A stretch of 51,251 nucleotides of DNA, the filler included, from Diploschistes diacapsis (Eukaryota), in assembly GCA_023645945.1 (NCBI GenBank). It is 3 parts of 3 records of this genome, joined end to end, with 100 filler letters (N's around TTAATTAATTAA, not from the genome) between each part and the next. Parts side by side here need not be neighbours in the genome. Positions count along the whole stretch, not along the records: positions 1 to 17,034 come from JALAIB010000473.1; positions 17,135 to 34,151 come from JALAIB010000474.1; 1 more part is not named here. One strand, given 5' to 3'. The position numbers and the translations under genes are program-made. Positions 10,601 through 22,948 of this stretch are shown here, piece after piece. The stretch's first letter is position 1. The number at the start of each line of letters is the position of its first letter. The notes below the pieces were generated by a model. That model was not told the DNA's origin, did no database searches, and saw nothing but the letters and a program-made list of their open reading frames with translations.

Positions 10601-12315
10601 AGCATCATACCCTTCCCAACATCCTGCTTTAGCTGAGATAGGAGGTTACAGTAGGTAAAGGGATTGAGATGAGTTCCAACGATGGAAGTTTCCACAAGAA
10701 CGCGTTGCTTCTCCTTCCAGCCGCTGCAGCCTGGCCGCAAGGAGCCTGAATCTGCCATGATAGAGACAAGGAGATCAAAGCTCTCCGGGGGAAGAACGGC
10801 ACGTAATTCGTAATAGAATCTGAAAACAAGTAGACCTTGGCTATGGGTAAGACGTGGCCAAAGCCGATTCAGGCTTGAAGCAATCTGCTTCAGAAATTCG
10901 TAGATCTCGTCCGCTGCAGCTTCGTCAGGAGACTCGGAGCAGGGTGAGACGCTGTGGTTTGCGGCTGACTGTTCTCGAATGCTAAGAGGACGTGTCGCAT
11001 CAAAAGTGTAAACAGCGTCGCCTGTTGCTGTCAAAACAGTTTCTATGAGGTGCTGCCAGTCGCTCTGAAGGATGTCATCAGCGAGCTTTGGTGTCTGGAG
11101 TAAAGCCGATATTGTCTTCAGGCAGTCTCGGCGTATTCTCCTGCTAGCAAAATGGACCTTCCAAAAAGCTTCAACAAATTGTGCAAAGGATACAGCCGGC
11201 AGGTCCCGTTCGTTTTCTTTCTGCACAAGATCACGCAGAACAGATAAAGCTCCACAGACAGTATATGTGAGACGATCCTGTCGTGCCAATGCTAGGGTTT
11301 GCAGCAGGATTCTAACCATTGCTGCTTGATGTTTTGAACGAAGTAGTCGCAGCAGACACCTTCCAGGTTCCTCACCAAGATCTGGCAGAGCGTAGGAGAT
11401 GGCACACAGGTTTTCTGTGACTGTCTTCAGGTGTGAGCTTGGTAAACCATAAGACTGAATAGTAGCGCTAATAACACTGACTGCACGCTTCATATCGTGT
11501 CTGGAGGTGGTTTTTTCCGTGATCGCTAGCGCATAATCCAGAATGGCAATCTGATCTTTCGGGGCCATTGCTTGAGGGCTATTTTCTATCACGTCTAGAA
11601 TCAGCCCAAGAAGGCTGTAAAGTCCTCTTTCTTCAGGCAATTGCTTCTTTTCACGGCTATCTCGATCCCCGTTATTTTTTTGGTGCTTCCTGATCTCAAA
11701 CAAAGCTTCGTATTGTCCCTCAATGGTATCCTTAATGTACTGTACCAAGTCATGCGAGAATGACTCAAGCTTTGCTCCTTTATCAGTGAGATATCGCAGA
11801 CATCTTGCCTGCAGTTCCAAATGTCGGCTGTCAATTGGTTGCACCACTGCAAAAAACAGCGTTCTTCGACAGTCTGAGGAGAATTCTGGATGAGTTACAG
11901 TGGCTTCGGCAAACGTGAAAATAGCCTTGCGCGCCTCTGCTGGGGCGCCTGGTTCGGTCAAATCTTTGACAGTCTTCCAGATGGCCATAAGAACAGCAAT
12001 GTTGTACATTTTTGCTTCTCTCGAGATGCGATGCACAAACCTTATACGCTCCAACAAGGGTTGTGAGGGCTCCAGATACTGCATTATATGCTCATCGCGA
12101 TACACACCTGGATCGTTCCGGATACGTTCTGGGTGGACCAGGCCATCGTCAGAATCCACGTTGGTTTCATTCTCGGTCTCAGCTTCATTGACGCTTACAG
12201 TTTGAGCGGGGGTTGGAACCCTAGCTCTCAGGGTGGTGAAGCTCCTTACCCGCTCCGTCAAGGAAGGGGAGCTTGTCCTATTCTTAATTCGTCTGAGGAC
12301 ATCATCTTGAGACAT
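7639..12315 (-). CDS. tsc2: Tuberin (TSC2), Rheb GAP
   Basis: Intronless 1558-aa ORF. Tuberin-domain motifs (DWEVYSYVVVHLPSQL, YVFVLAYHVMTVWFLSLKL..R) and a C-terminal Rap-GAP domain (YKVAVIYV...EIL.N...IIYHVPTLMP...KKSHVGNDYVSIIWN). Confidence 0.95.
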   Translation of the reverse strand: MSQDDVLRRIKNRTSSPSLTERVRSFTTLRARVPTPAQTVSVNEAETENETNVDSDDGLVHPERIRNDPGVYRDEHIMQYLEPSQPLLERIRFVHRISREAKMYNIAVLMAIWKTVKDLTEPGAPAEARKAIFTFAEATVTHPEFSSDCRRTLFFAVVQPIDSRHLELQARCLRYLTDKGAKLESFSHDLVQYIKDTIEGQYEALFEIRKHQKNNGDRDSREKKQLPEERGLYSLLGLILDVIENSPQAMAPKDQIAILDYALAITEKTTSRHDMKRAVSVISATIQSYGLPSSHLKTVTENLCAISYALPDLGEEPGRCLLRLLRSKHQAAMVRILLQTLALARQDRLTYTVCGALSVLRDLVQKENERDLPAVSFAQFVEAFWKVHFASRRIRRDCLKTISALLQTPKLADDILQSDWQHLIETVLTATGDAVYTFDATRPLSIREQSAANHSVSPCSESPDEAAADEIYEFLKQIASSLNRLWPRLTHSQGLLVFRFYYELRAVLPPESFDLLVSIMADSGSLRPGCSGWKEKQRVLVETSIVGTHLNPFTYCNLLSQLKQDVGKGMMLTRGTHYWGMAHELLADFPIHQNGWRAASTLVALVVEFWQHAMPPNMSTTLGLCKALLESEPDSDLEANLEPSGRSVAQLDLAGVTTALVELFLGSLTPPYQSVSNQIYLVLAKDVASNRGLPACLRLPALKLLTRLRCDHTNAIFVTKDADSLGLAAALSRTEATMREHRPHSERKSLAAESHEFRKSRTSAYGGSTHSSTKAAYRSSSGHGRTAPKAPLWMYPGTPGLPREPPLAPSAYISKETLENTGPLTLRISEWLIAVARILQEEADWEVYSYVVVHLPSQLCNLTLFSDSLVILKHLRKVLVGQIREGTFREPPAETGVKKGDVALCLINALVVLTGYCEYFEDRNELDDILRAFIAGMGEWERAAKTCVQALTICSHILPNAVSKRLPEILQRMSQIITRSQLTMDVLEFLGGVARLPHLYSDFREEEYRMVFAICVKYLESSREQRLKLVSRPGTARDTSNRTSGLSTLSSSTTDSGHNVDPHKDVPQYVFVLAYHVMTVWFLSLKLADRHKHVGWITKNLAWTDEDGEHMEEQSQVTLDMMLRATYSDLGETAPNRSFRRSDVTKRSWLVGLSIITLETDVKTGETQITKRQASGTTHATLRLDTTDLPAHHEPTPDRFFENMYGSGPPPNVFPNHVFLQIGATAAPAPTPMEPIFLPDDDTVGRAFAAFDRNNTVDGYKVAVIYVGDGQSEEREILTNDSVDPAFGEFLAGIGTKVKLKGAAFNTQGLDKVGDSDGPYTYAWRDRVVEIIYHVPTLMPTDLEDDAQCIRKKSHVGNDYVSIIWNGSGLPFKLDTIPSQFNFVNIVITPEHKLVPKSAEARKPDAEPNSSTIEARQDVQHLGNIQHYYTVQLLSQPSFPRISAASAMKLVPSTALAGLIRQLALSSSIFCNVWANRGDGEYVSSWRNRLREINRLRERYASSGTSTSIKYPGAKGTKTYSDGDAFSGRVQMGGIAEEEGVSVGLDFSRWAGPPPSMG

Positions 12316-12912
12316 GGGTTGATAGCCGCTACTCGAACCACCACAAGATAGTTGTATTGTTACTTAGGCTCTGGGATATGAATCAGTTTAAAAGCGATGC
12401 TTATATTCAAATAACTTTCGCGCAACTACAATGAGCCATGCTATAACGACGAGGAATCACTAGGCCTCCCCAGTAAATCTGCGCCTCAGGAGGGAGCCAC
12501 GCGCGCACAAGTGGTTAGACCCTTTCCGAGGAGAAAAATTGAATACACCAACACTAAACAAGTCTTACGAGAATTGCAGGAAAGCTACACAATAAGAATT
12601 CCACTGCACAAAACCAAAGGACTATACAACGAGTCTCGTTACTCACCACGTCTTCAAGAAGTACCTCCTTTCAAGAACCTGGCCCAACACAATCTGAAGT
12701 TTTTGGAATTTGGTTAATCTCTCGAAAAGATGTCCGCATCATCGTCCCGAGAAAGTGAAAAGAGTATCCACATATAATAGTAGTAACTCCCTGAATTAGA
12801 CACTAATATCATTTGAGATAACATGGTGGTCTTACATGTAAGTAGCCGCTGCTTAACGTTATGTATTGGAAGAAAAAGAGGGAAGGAGGAGAGAAGGAGG
12901 AGGGAAGGAGAA

Positions 12913-13035
12913 GAGGATGGATGGAGGATGAAAGATGAAGGATGGAGGACGGAGGATGGAGTATGGAGTATGAAGAATAAAGGATGGAGGATAGGGATAG
13001 GGGATAGAGGATAGAGGATTGAGGATGGAGGATAG
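12913..13035. repeat. Degenerate 7-bp purine-rich minisatellite (GAGGATG)n
   Basis: gaggatg/aaagatg/aaggatg/gaggacg/gaggatg/gagtatg/gagtatg/aagaata/aaggatg/gaggata..., roughly 17 units, in the tsc2-cse1 divergent intergenic region. Confidence 0.85.
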
Positions 13036-13318
13036 GAACGACGTTAGGATAACCTGGTGGTGTCTTGGTCAGGCCGTGTTAGAGATCCAGGCTGTCGGGA
13101 CCTTGGCTGGTCCGAGCTCTCTAACACCGTGCTATCTCCGTAGTTGCTTAACCGGCGTAAGCCGTCGCAAACCCTATCAAAGCTACCCAGATTAGTCAGC
13201 CTATGACGACCGTTTTGGAGCTCTCTCTATTTTTACATTTTTACCCGTTTTTTGTATGAAAGCTCAACGCGGCACATTTTGTTCTCCTTCTGCCAGATCT
13301 GTTCAAAAGCCTTGAATT

Positions 13319-16300
13319 ATGGCTTTGACTGGGCTTAGCAACATAGCGCAATTACTGCAAGCAAGTTTAGATCCTAGGCAGAACAAACAAGGTATGTAGA
13401 CTGTTCTGAGTAAGGGCTCACGGCGCAATGCTTACAATGATCCTCTAGCCGAGCTCGCACTCAGACAAGAAGAGCAGAAGCCAGGCTTTTCGCTTTCACT
13501 CCTTCACATCGTCGCGGGTGCAGATAGCTTCAGTGGCACTGTCAGGCTTGCGGGAGCTTTGTGCTTCAAGAATTACATCAAGAGGAAATGGACCGTCAGT
13601 ACCTATCTCATCCATCCGCCAACATCTACGTTACTCAATCCTGCTGTAGGACCCGGACGGAAACCACCAACTACCAGAGGGAGATGTGGTTGCCATCAAG
13701 CGCGAGATCATCGGTCTTATGATATCTGTTCCTCCCAACATACAATCCCAGCTCGGTGACGCGGTCGGTGTCATTGCAGATAGTGATTTTTGGAGGGGCT
13801 GGGATACTTTGGTTGATGTCAGTTGTAAACCACCTGGCATCGAAAGGAACACCGCTAAAACTACTTCAGGATCTTGTCTCTCGCCTCACCCCAGATAATA
13901 CAAAAATCAACAATGGAGTCCTCCAGGTTGCGCATTCCATATTCAAGAGGTGGAGGCCCCTGTTTCGGTCAGACGAGCTGTTTACCGAGATCAATCATGT
14001 ACTAGGAAAGTTTTCGGCACCGTTCCTTACTCTCCTCGAAGTGAGTCGAGCTATTCCTACAACAAGCTTTCAGGGCTGATCCATTATTCTTTCAGAGTAC
14101 CGACAAATCCATTGAGCAGAATAAAGGGAATAAGACACTACTTGCGGAACATGTTAATACTCTCAACCTGCTTATGAAGCTGTTCTATGATTTGTCATGC
14201 CAGGATCTACCGCCCATGTTCGAGGAAAACTTAAATGCCATTTCCACTCTCCTGCAAAAATATCTAGTCTTTGATGACCTCACTTTACACACGGATACCG
14301 ACGAGGAGTCTGGCCCGTTAGAGTTCGTCAAATCAGGAATCCTTGAAGGCCTTAGCCTGTACGTTCAGAAGTACGGTGATGCCTTTGATTCTTATGTCGG
14401 CACCTTTCTGCAGAGCACTTGGAACCTCTTGACAACAATAGGGCAAGAGACAAAGTATGATATCCTGGTCAGCAAGGCGCTGCAGTTTCTGACCTCGGTC
14501 ACGAACTTCCAAGGACACGCCAAAGCTTTTGATAACGAGTCCACGATGGGTCAAGTCGTGGAGAAGGTGGCATTGCCAAATCTGACGCTTCGAGACTCGG
14601 ACATGGAGCTGTTCGAGGATGAGCCAATCGAGTTTATTCGCCGGGACCTCGAAGGTTCGGATAGCGATACGCGAAGAAGAGCTGCAACAGATTTCCTTCG
14701 AAGTCTCCTCGCACAACACGAGGAACTCACGACTGCTGTCGTCAACCGGTACATCAACCATTTTCTGGGCGAGTACTCGTCGAATCCTGCCCGCAATTGG
14801 AAATCGAAAGATACCTCCGTCTATCTGTTCTCATCCATCGCTGCGAAGGGCACCGTCACGGCGCGAGACGGTGTCAAAACCGTCAATGAGAGGGTCAATA
14901 TCCTTCAATTCTTCGAGGAGAACATTGCCAACGATCTCGTGAGCGTTGGGGGCATTGAGCCGATCCTGAAAGTTGATGCAATCAAATACCTTTATATATT
15001 CCGAAGCCAGCTGAGTAAAGCACAATGGGCTACCGCATTTCCTCTCCTCGTGCAAAACCTAGCATCGCCGAACTATGTCATCTATAGTTATGCTGCAATA
15101 GCCGTCGAGCGTGTCCTCGCACTGACCGATTCAAATGGTCAGCCGGTCGTGGAAAGCAAGACCGTCACCCCGTCATCAAAAGATCTCATGGAGCATCTTT
15201 TCAGACTCATTGAAAAGGATCAAGGCCAAGACAGAGTTCAAGCAGCTACCAAGGTCCAAGAAAACGAGTTCCTTATGCGCTGCGTGATGAGAGTTTTGGT
15301 AGTCATCAGGGAAGAGTTACAGCCACTTACGGAAATGCTCCTGAAACACCTGCTTGAGATTGTCAATTTGGCTGTACTGAACCCAAGCAACCCCCGCTTC
15401 TGTTATTATTTGTTCGAGGCGATCGGCGCTGTTATCAGATTTGCCGCGCCAGCACAGCCTGCGCTCGTCGAAAACTCCTTGTACCCTCCATTTGCAGCTA
15501 TCCTGGAAAGTGACAGCCAGGATTTCATGCCATACGTCTTTCAGCTTTTTGCGGGGCTACTGGAGGCAAATCCTACTAACACTATCCCAGATTCCTACAA
15601 ATCGCTCATCGCTCCAGTTCTGAAGGTGGATTACTGGCTCATCAAAGGGAATGTTCCGGCGCTGGTGAGACTGCTGACAGGTCTTATCAGGCGAGGAAGT
15701 GCCGAATTCATCAGTGGCAACCATGTTGAACCTGTACTAGGCATATTCCAGCAGCTTTTCTCCTCAAAGGCCAATGAAGTCCCAGCGTTTGAGCTTCTTG
15801 AATGCGTCTTTGTCAACTTTTCACCGTAAGGGATTGCTCTCTGGAATGTGCCGCTCTTCGCTAATGCCTCGAAGTGCTTCAATGCAGCCTTACTACACAC
15901 CGCTGCTGCAGCTCATTCTCCAAAAGCTAGATAAGTCAAAGTCCGAAGTCTTCAACTCACGCTTTTCCCGCTTCTACCACCTCGTTTCCGCCAAGGTCGA
16001 TGAAGGTCTAGGTGCCGACTTCTTCATCAGTCTACTCAATAACATCCAGGAAGGGTTAGTTACATGTCATCATCAACCACCGTCTATGACCATTGGTACT
16101 TACACGGTGCAACTAGAATCTACACTCCAATCTACCTAAAGGTCATCCTCCCCACAACTCCTACGCTCGCCCGCCCCATCGATCGCAAAATGGCCGTCAT
16201 CTCCCTCACCCAGACCCTCGCCAAATCTCGCGCCTTTGCCGACACCTACAAGAAAGGCTGGGCCTACACCTGCGACCGGCTACTCGAGCTACTCATCAAC

Positions 16301-16567
16301 CCGCCCGTCATTCCAAAGCAGGGAGCCACCATTGCCGACGACCACGATGCAGATGACATGGGTTTCGGAGCCGGCTTCACCGAGCTGGTAACCATAAGGA
16401 GACCGCCGCTGGATTATTTCCCGGACGTGGTCGTGGGCAAGGAGTGGGTGGGGAGCCAGCTGAGCGCGGCAAACGCGCAGACGGGTGGGCAGATTGGGAT
16501 CTTCGTGCAGGAGCGGTTGAGCGCGGGGAGCCAGAAGGCGTTAATGACGTACATGAATAAAAAATAA
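13319..16567 (+). CDS. cse1: Importin-alpha re-exporter / exportin-2 (Cse1), about 972 aa
   Basis: Exons 13319-13391, 13449-13594, 13650-13817, 13870-14040, 14096-15825, 15875-16054, 16117-16567 (six GT-AG introns). Motifs RLAGALCFKNYIKRKW, FKRWRPLFRSDELFTEI, CQDLPPMFE, ELFEDEPIEFIRRDLEGSDSDTRRRAA, ENEFLMRC, NPSNPRFCYYLFE. Confidence 0.96.
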
Positions 16568-17034
16568 GGATGCCTGCGAGCGACGAAGAGCGGGGTGTAG
16601 GCTCTGGGGGAAAGCGGAAAGGAAAGGAAACAATAGGGGCACGGCAGACGGATGCTCTGGATTCGAAGTGGCTTCGTTGACGATACCCCAAAAGTAAGCA
16701 AGCAGGTAGGCCGTCATGATGGAGGCCAGTGGGTGAATGATGGCCGGCATTAGTATTGAAGGAGAAGGAGAAGAAGGTCCCGGCCCCCAAAAAACGAAGC
16801 AGAGCATGATAGACAAGAGAAAAAAGAAATGAACCAAAGAAAATAACATCGACTGCTCCCTTCAATCGGCTAGAATGCCTCCTGACCTTTGCAACTTTGC
16901 GTAACTGGACTCGGGACATCCATTCTGTCCCGTTTCCGAGAGAAAAAAAAGCCTCCCCACAGATTCCCCCTATGTGTAGGAGAGCGGAGCATATGGGCCG
17001 GTTCAGGGAGGGAGGTAGGAGGCAGATATTTCCC

Positions 17035-17134
17035 NNNNNNNNNNNNNNNNNNNNNNNNNNNNNNNNNNNNNNNNNNNNTTAATTAATTAANNNNNNNNNN
17101 NNNNNNNNNNNNNNNNNNNNNNNNNNNNNNNNNN
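17035..17134. other. Assembly gap / artificial contig linker
   Basis: 44 N + TTAATTAATTAA + 44 N; the linker gives stops in all six frames. Confidence 0.98.
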
Positions 17135-17478
17135 CTATCAGGGTCTCCTCCGCGGTCCCCTCCCTCTGGCGCATGTGCGAGCCTGGGGTGTTCCGCCTCA
17201 TCTTTGAGGAAAAGACGGGGCGGTACGCTGGCTTGACCTGCAAAAAAAATTTAACAAACCAAAAAAACCAAAAAAACCAAAAAATTTAAGGGCATATTTA
17301 TGCTACACTCCCCTTAGAGAGGTAAGTAAAAGAAATATCGCCTAAGTAGCAACACTAACCCTTTTTCCAAGGCCGGCAGCATAATTCAACATAAATTTAT
17401 ACATAGTTATTTTTCTACGCATATATGATCACGGGACTTCGCATAAACTTTGTGCTAGGGCGGCATATCTTTAAAGAT

Positions 17479-17516
17479 ACGCGACTTACGACTTATCCCA
17501 CACACCCTAGACGCGT
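17479..17516. promoter_or_regulatory. MCB-like (ACGCGT/ACGCGA) elements upstream of sgs1
   Basis: ACGCGA at 17479-17484 and ACGCGT at 17511-17516, 125-160 bp before the ATG. MCB boxes are established in fungal G1/S and DNA-repair gene promoters; function here is inferred. Confidence 0.45.
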
Positions 17517-17640
17517 TGATAAGTTCGTATCTTTAAACTCTTTACAGAAGGACATACTTTGCCTTCCACCGCAGGTTCATGTTCTTGAACAGTCTCTTAA
17601 CTTTCCATGAGCCTCTCGAAGAGTGCCATGCAGTCACTCT

Positions 17641-20600
17641 ATGACGCGGCACAATCTGAAGATCCACCTTGACTGGCTTCTACATACGAGCTTAACCGCA
17701 TCGCCCCCCGTGTACTCAGCTATCAGAGCCGTGCCTAGCTTTAATTCTCAGGAGATCCTTGTGGTAAATCGGCCCCAAGAACAGAGTGTTACACAAGGTG
17801 GTGAAGGCTGTAGGGATGCTGCTCTACCAGTATCAGACCACGAATTCATTAAGCCGGCCTTGCCCGATAAGGTGCGCGCTGTGGTGAGCCAAAAGGTTAT
17901 GGCAAAACTGCAGTCTGGTTCGAAGTCGAGCAAAAAGCAGCTGATCAGCCAGCAACCATGCACTGAATCGGACTTTCCCGAAAGCGTGCCAGGCGATCCT
18001 TTCGAGCAAAGTGAACCTGACAGTGGATGGAACAGATACAGTAAGACGCACTCTCATGATAAGAGGCCTTTGCTTACAAAGAAAGATTCTTCGCCAACCA
18101 AGGGACATTCTTCCAAGTATTCCCGCAACAACACCTCAATATCCGAGACGCAGACTTCCTCTTCGAGCAATGTCGAGATCTTTGGGGACCCGAGACCCCT
18201 CTGGACCGTTGGTGCTGCCACAAGGCCAGGGCCAGGCCGCGGAAAAAAGCGAAAGAGTGATGAGCTAGAGATTGATCTTGAAGAGCATCTTGCCGGCTCG
18301 CAAAACAGTTTTGTGGCAATTGATGATTTATCGGACGACATCTCTCTCGTTGCAGATGGCGTGCTGGCTTCGCCCCACCCACCTCGCCGCGACAACTTGT
18401 TATCCCCCAGACACACGTCCCACGCTTCAACGGAGTCCGAGGATGTCATGTTAATCGAAGGGCCGAGCACTCCCAAGGCGTCTGACAAACATTCTTCGCA
18501 GAAAAGGAGGAAAGGAAGCCATTTGAGGGGGAATCTGGAGTTGAACTTTTCGCCAAAAGTATCTCAGACGCCGCTACGCACGACCCGCAAGTCTCCGACC
18601 TGTTCTGCCAACGTTAAGAAGGAAAGGAAGGTAATTGCTGATTCAGAAGATGAGGATGTTGCCGAAGAATCGAATTACAATACAAATACTGAGACTCTAC
18701 AAAAGAATTCTTGCTTGCAGGATGACTCGGTATATCCTACTCTTCCGAAGGGCGAGATAGACGCATCGCAGAAAAGTCATGATTCCAAGAAGGGCAGCTC
18801 TAGCCCACGCTCGAGGGCAACTGAGAGCCACCAACAACACTTATCTCAATCATCTAGCAGCGCATCGCCGTTCCACAAAGACTCGCCCACCAAAAGGGGA
18901 GCCGACACCCATTCTGTCGCGAATGCCAGGAGCTCCGAGAGCACACCCGACGAAGACACTCTGAGCATCGTTCATAGTGTTTTAAATTGTGATAGGTTTC
19001 AACTCGATCGCTACTGGGATAATCTGCGCTCACGGCGCGAAGACATCGCTAGAACAGTGTATTACCTAATGAGAAAAGGAGCGGAGGCTGCCCAAAGTTT
19101 CAAAGATTATGAATCACTAAGACGAACTATGGGTAAATTCCCTCTTCTAAGGGATCTACAGAAAGAATACCACAGCACTGTCAGCGAGAGGGATTCGGCA
19201 AGGAAACTGCTCGAAGCTGCTGTGCGGAAATATGAAACCCCGAATGTGGACGACCTTCAAAAAAGCCAAAAAGCGCATGTCAGGATTCTTCAGATCGAAC
19301 AAGAAATATCGTCCATTGTGAAAGGTGCGAAAGAAGTCTTCAATGCTTCTGTGAAAGGATCTTCTGCAGCAGCAGGTCTGGAAGGGGTGACCCGGCTTGA
19401 GACTTCACTTCGACCCGCCGTAATTATTCAGTCTACTCAAGCGGGCCACAACCTCTTCGGCCCAGTACCATCCCTTCCAGAGCATCCCCTTCTAGGGACT
19501 GGATCCCATCTGCATCTCATACAGCAGACACCACAGACTAACGACAGTAGCTCCCGCGCCGATCAGGCACCTCAACGATCCTTCCAGGAAATCTCGGCAA
19601 GGCCAGTAGTTGACAGCTTCGAAATGCCTGCTGTGCATTTGTCTCAGCCCAGCATTCGTGATATTGCGCAAGACGAGGGACAGGTCGAAATTCCTCTAAC
19701 AACGCGAACCTCGTCGGAACGTTCTCTTCAGACGTCTTCTAGACGCGCAGGCACTCCCCAATCGTACTCGCCGGGAAGAGAGAAACGAAGCCTTAAAGAA
19801 GGTCAGTTCTTCATGCGGGAAATGGGCAATCGACCTGAGGAAACTGAAGTGAACAACGACTTTTACGACGTCGATGGAGATGATGAGGATCTATTGGAAG
19901 CTGCCGAGAAAGTAGAATATCACGAGCACTCAGTTCCAGTCATCTCGCCCGGGAATCCAAGGCGCGCTTTGGTGGAGACATCTGGAAATGCTACGAAGCA
20001 GCCAAAACAGAAATTGCCCAGTCAGCTGAAACGCCTTCAGTCTCCGCCCACCCAGCTGCAATTCCCGTGGTCAGGCGATGTCAAGACGGCCATGCATCGA
20101 AGATTCAACATGACAGGGTTTCGGCCAAATCAGCTTGAGGCAATTAACTCAACATTGGCTGGCAAAGATACCTTCGTTTTGATGCCAACGGGTGGCGGCA
20201 AATCTCTTTGCTACCAATTACCATCCATTATTCGTTCGGGTCGCACTAAAGGGGTAACTATAGTCATTTCTCCATTGCTGAGTTTGATGGAAGATCAGGT
20301 TGACCACTTGAAGCGACTTGGTATCCAAGCTTTCTTGATCAATGGAGAATGCACTAGAGAACACAAGGATCTTATTTTCGATGGACTATCCAAGGCCGCT
20401 CCGGAAGACTACATACAGCTCCTCTATGTCACACCAGAAATGATCAACAAGAGCAACAAAATTCTCAATGAACTGACCAAGTTACATCGTCGTAAAAAGC
20501 TGGCTCGTATCGTCATCGATGAAGCTCACTGTGTAAGTCAATGGGGACATGACTTCCGGCCTGATTATAAGGATCTCGGTGATACCCGTAGGATGTTCGT

Positions 20601-22948
20601 AGGTGTCCCTGTAATGGCTCTTACGGCTACAGCTACCGAGAATGTCAAAGCCGATGTTATACACAATCTGGGGATGCGGAACTGTGAGGTCTTCACTCAG
20701 AGCTTCAACCGTCCAAATCTAAAGTACGAAGTGATTCTGAAAAGCGGAGCAAAAGATGGTACGTTTCAAGACATATTGGGAAAGATCAAAGTTCACCACA
20801 GAAACCAACCCGGTATCATTTACTGCTTGTCCCGCAAAAATTGCGAGGACCTCGCAGAGAAGCTCAAGAAACAGGGTGTAAAGGCCCACCATTACCATGC
20901 TGGGATGCCGGCGGATCAAAGAGTTCGCGTCCAAAAAGAGTGGCAAAGTAACAAATATACAGTCATCGTCGCTACTATCGCCTTTGGAATGGGCATAGAC
21001 AAACCCGATGTTCGTTTTGTTATCCACTTTTCCATACCCAAAAGTCTAGAAGGCTACTACCAAGAAACAGGTCGTGCTGGGCGCGACGGTAAATATTCTG
21101 GCTGTTACCTTTACTACAGCTATAAGGATACGGCTGCTTTGAAGCGTTTCATAGAAGAAAGCGAAGGCGGCCCGGAACAGAAAGAAAGACAGCGGGCAAT
21201 GCTGCGGAATGTCGTTCAATTCTGCGAAAACAGGGTGGATTGTCGGCGAGTCCAGGTCCTAGGGTACTTCAATGAGCGCTTCCGGACAGAAGACTGCGAG
21301 AAGCGATGCGACAATTGCAATTCGTCCACCGCCTCGGAAAACCAAGATTTCACCAAACATGCTGCGGCTGCTGTTCAACTTGTCAAGTCTGTGCAGCCCC
21401 AGAGAGTTACAATAACCAATTGTATGGATGCATTTCGAGGCGCACAGAGGAAGAATGGTCTTCAAAAAGACAGTACCAGAAATTTTGGGTTTGGTTCCAA
21501 ACTTGACAGAGGAATCGCAGAGCGAATTTTCTATCACTTAATCACCCACGATGCTCTCCAGGAAGAGACAGAAATCAATAAAGCAGGCTTTCCACTATAC
21601 TATATTAGATTGGGACCGAAATGGGAAGATTTCGCTCAGCGCAGGCGTGATGTGCAGCTGCCTGTTCTCCTAATTTCGGGCGATGGGCAAAACAATTCCA
21701 GAAAACCTCTGACAACGAAGGCTCACCATCCTCAATCTACCAACGTATCTTCTCCTGTGCATACTAAACCTCGCAATGGAGGCATTCTCCGGAATCGTGG
21801 GGATGTTCCTCTTCACAGAAACGGCTACGAGCGTGATAATTTTGTAGTCACGGACGAAGAAGACTTCCCAGAAGAAGCCAACGATGATGATGACGATGAA
21901 GAGGACGATGGATTCGAACCAATCCGCGAGGCAGGTAGAAAAAGGAGGCACAAACGAAACGAGATCGGTCCTCCGATAACCATAGATGCCAAACTCGAGC
22001 AGCTTGATGAAGTACACCGCGATGTTGTTGAGAATTTTGAGGTCGAGGCGGAACAGCTCGCTAAGAAGGTTTGTCTCCACGAACTACCATCTAAGATCTG
22101 AATTAATACCGAGTAGATCATGATCCGAAGGAGCATCAGGAAAAAGCCCTTCTCCACAACCATATTTCGTGAGATGGCTATCGGATTTCCCAAAGGTAAG
22201 GAAAACAGCCCCGGGTAGCAATGTCTGAAAGAAACCCAAACATGACTTTTCCCGCCGCCGAAATTCATCATGCTAAAATACCTTGTACTACAGACAAGAG
22301 TGCCATGCGTAAGATCCCAAAGATCGATCCTGAACACGTGGAGCTGTACGGCGATAAATTCCTTGCGCTCATAGACAAAGCGCACCAACATTATCGCTCA
22401 ATGATGGGCGAGGACGACCGTCCGCATGATCCCAACCACCAAAACGTCGTTACAATCAGCAGCGACGACGACGAGGAGGACTCCGCTGAAGATCTTGACC
22501 TGCGTGATGTTAATAGCGAAGGCAGTGAAGACGCGCAGGAAGAAACAAGCGGTTATTTCGTGCAGTCACAAGAGGTGAGAGCTTTTAATGATCAGAGTTA
22601 GTAACTTGTGTAATCCAGACGCATATGCTGATTCTTTTCAAAGTGAATCAAGTGTCATCCTTTGCTGCACCAAACCGTGGACGATCAGCAGCAGCTGAAT
22701 CCAACGATCGTCACTCAAGGAGAGCGAAAAGAGGTTCACAGAAGAGGGGAGGCGGCAGCAGTAGCTACTCGAGAAGGGGTGCTGGGGCGTCTAGTGGGAG
22801 TGTCAACAAACGAAGTAATTTCCAAAAATCAGGGGGGCTTGCACGTAGAAGAACCAACGAAACCAGCAATGCATCGTTTGGCGGAGGTTCTAACAGTAGC
22901 ATTTTTGGTCAACAAGGGTGGTCTGGAATAGGAGGAATGCCTACATGA
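17641..22948 (+). CDS. sgs1: RecQ-family DNA helicase (Sgs1/BLM/MusN), about 1704 aa
   Basis: Start MTRHNLKIHLDWLL; exons 17641-22068, 22117-22195, 22294-22596, 22644-22948. Motifs FRPNQLEAI, MPTGGGKSLCYQLP, DEAHCVSQWGHDFRPDY, ALTATA, ATIAFGMGIDKPDVRFV, YYQETGRAGRDG; RQC zinc cysteines (CRR...CEKRCDNC); HRDC-like C-terminal exons. Confidence 0.97.

Noticed and set aside
17079..17090. TTAATTAATTAA palindrome inside N runs (also 34196-34207)
   Set aside because: Artificial six-frame-stop scaffolding linker; gene adjacency across these gaps is therefore unverified.
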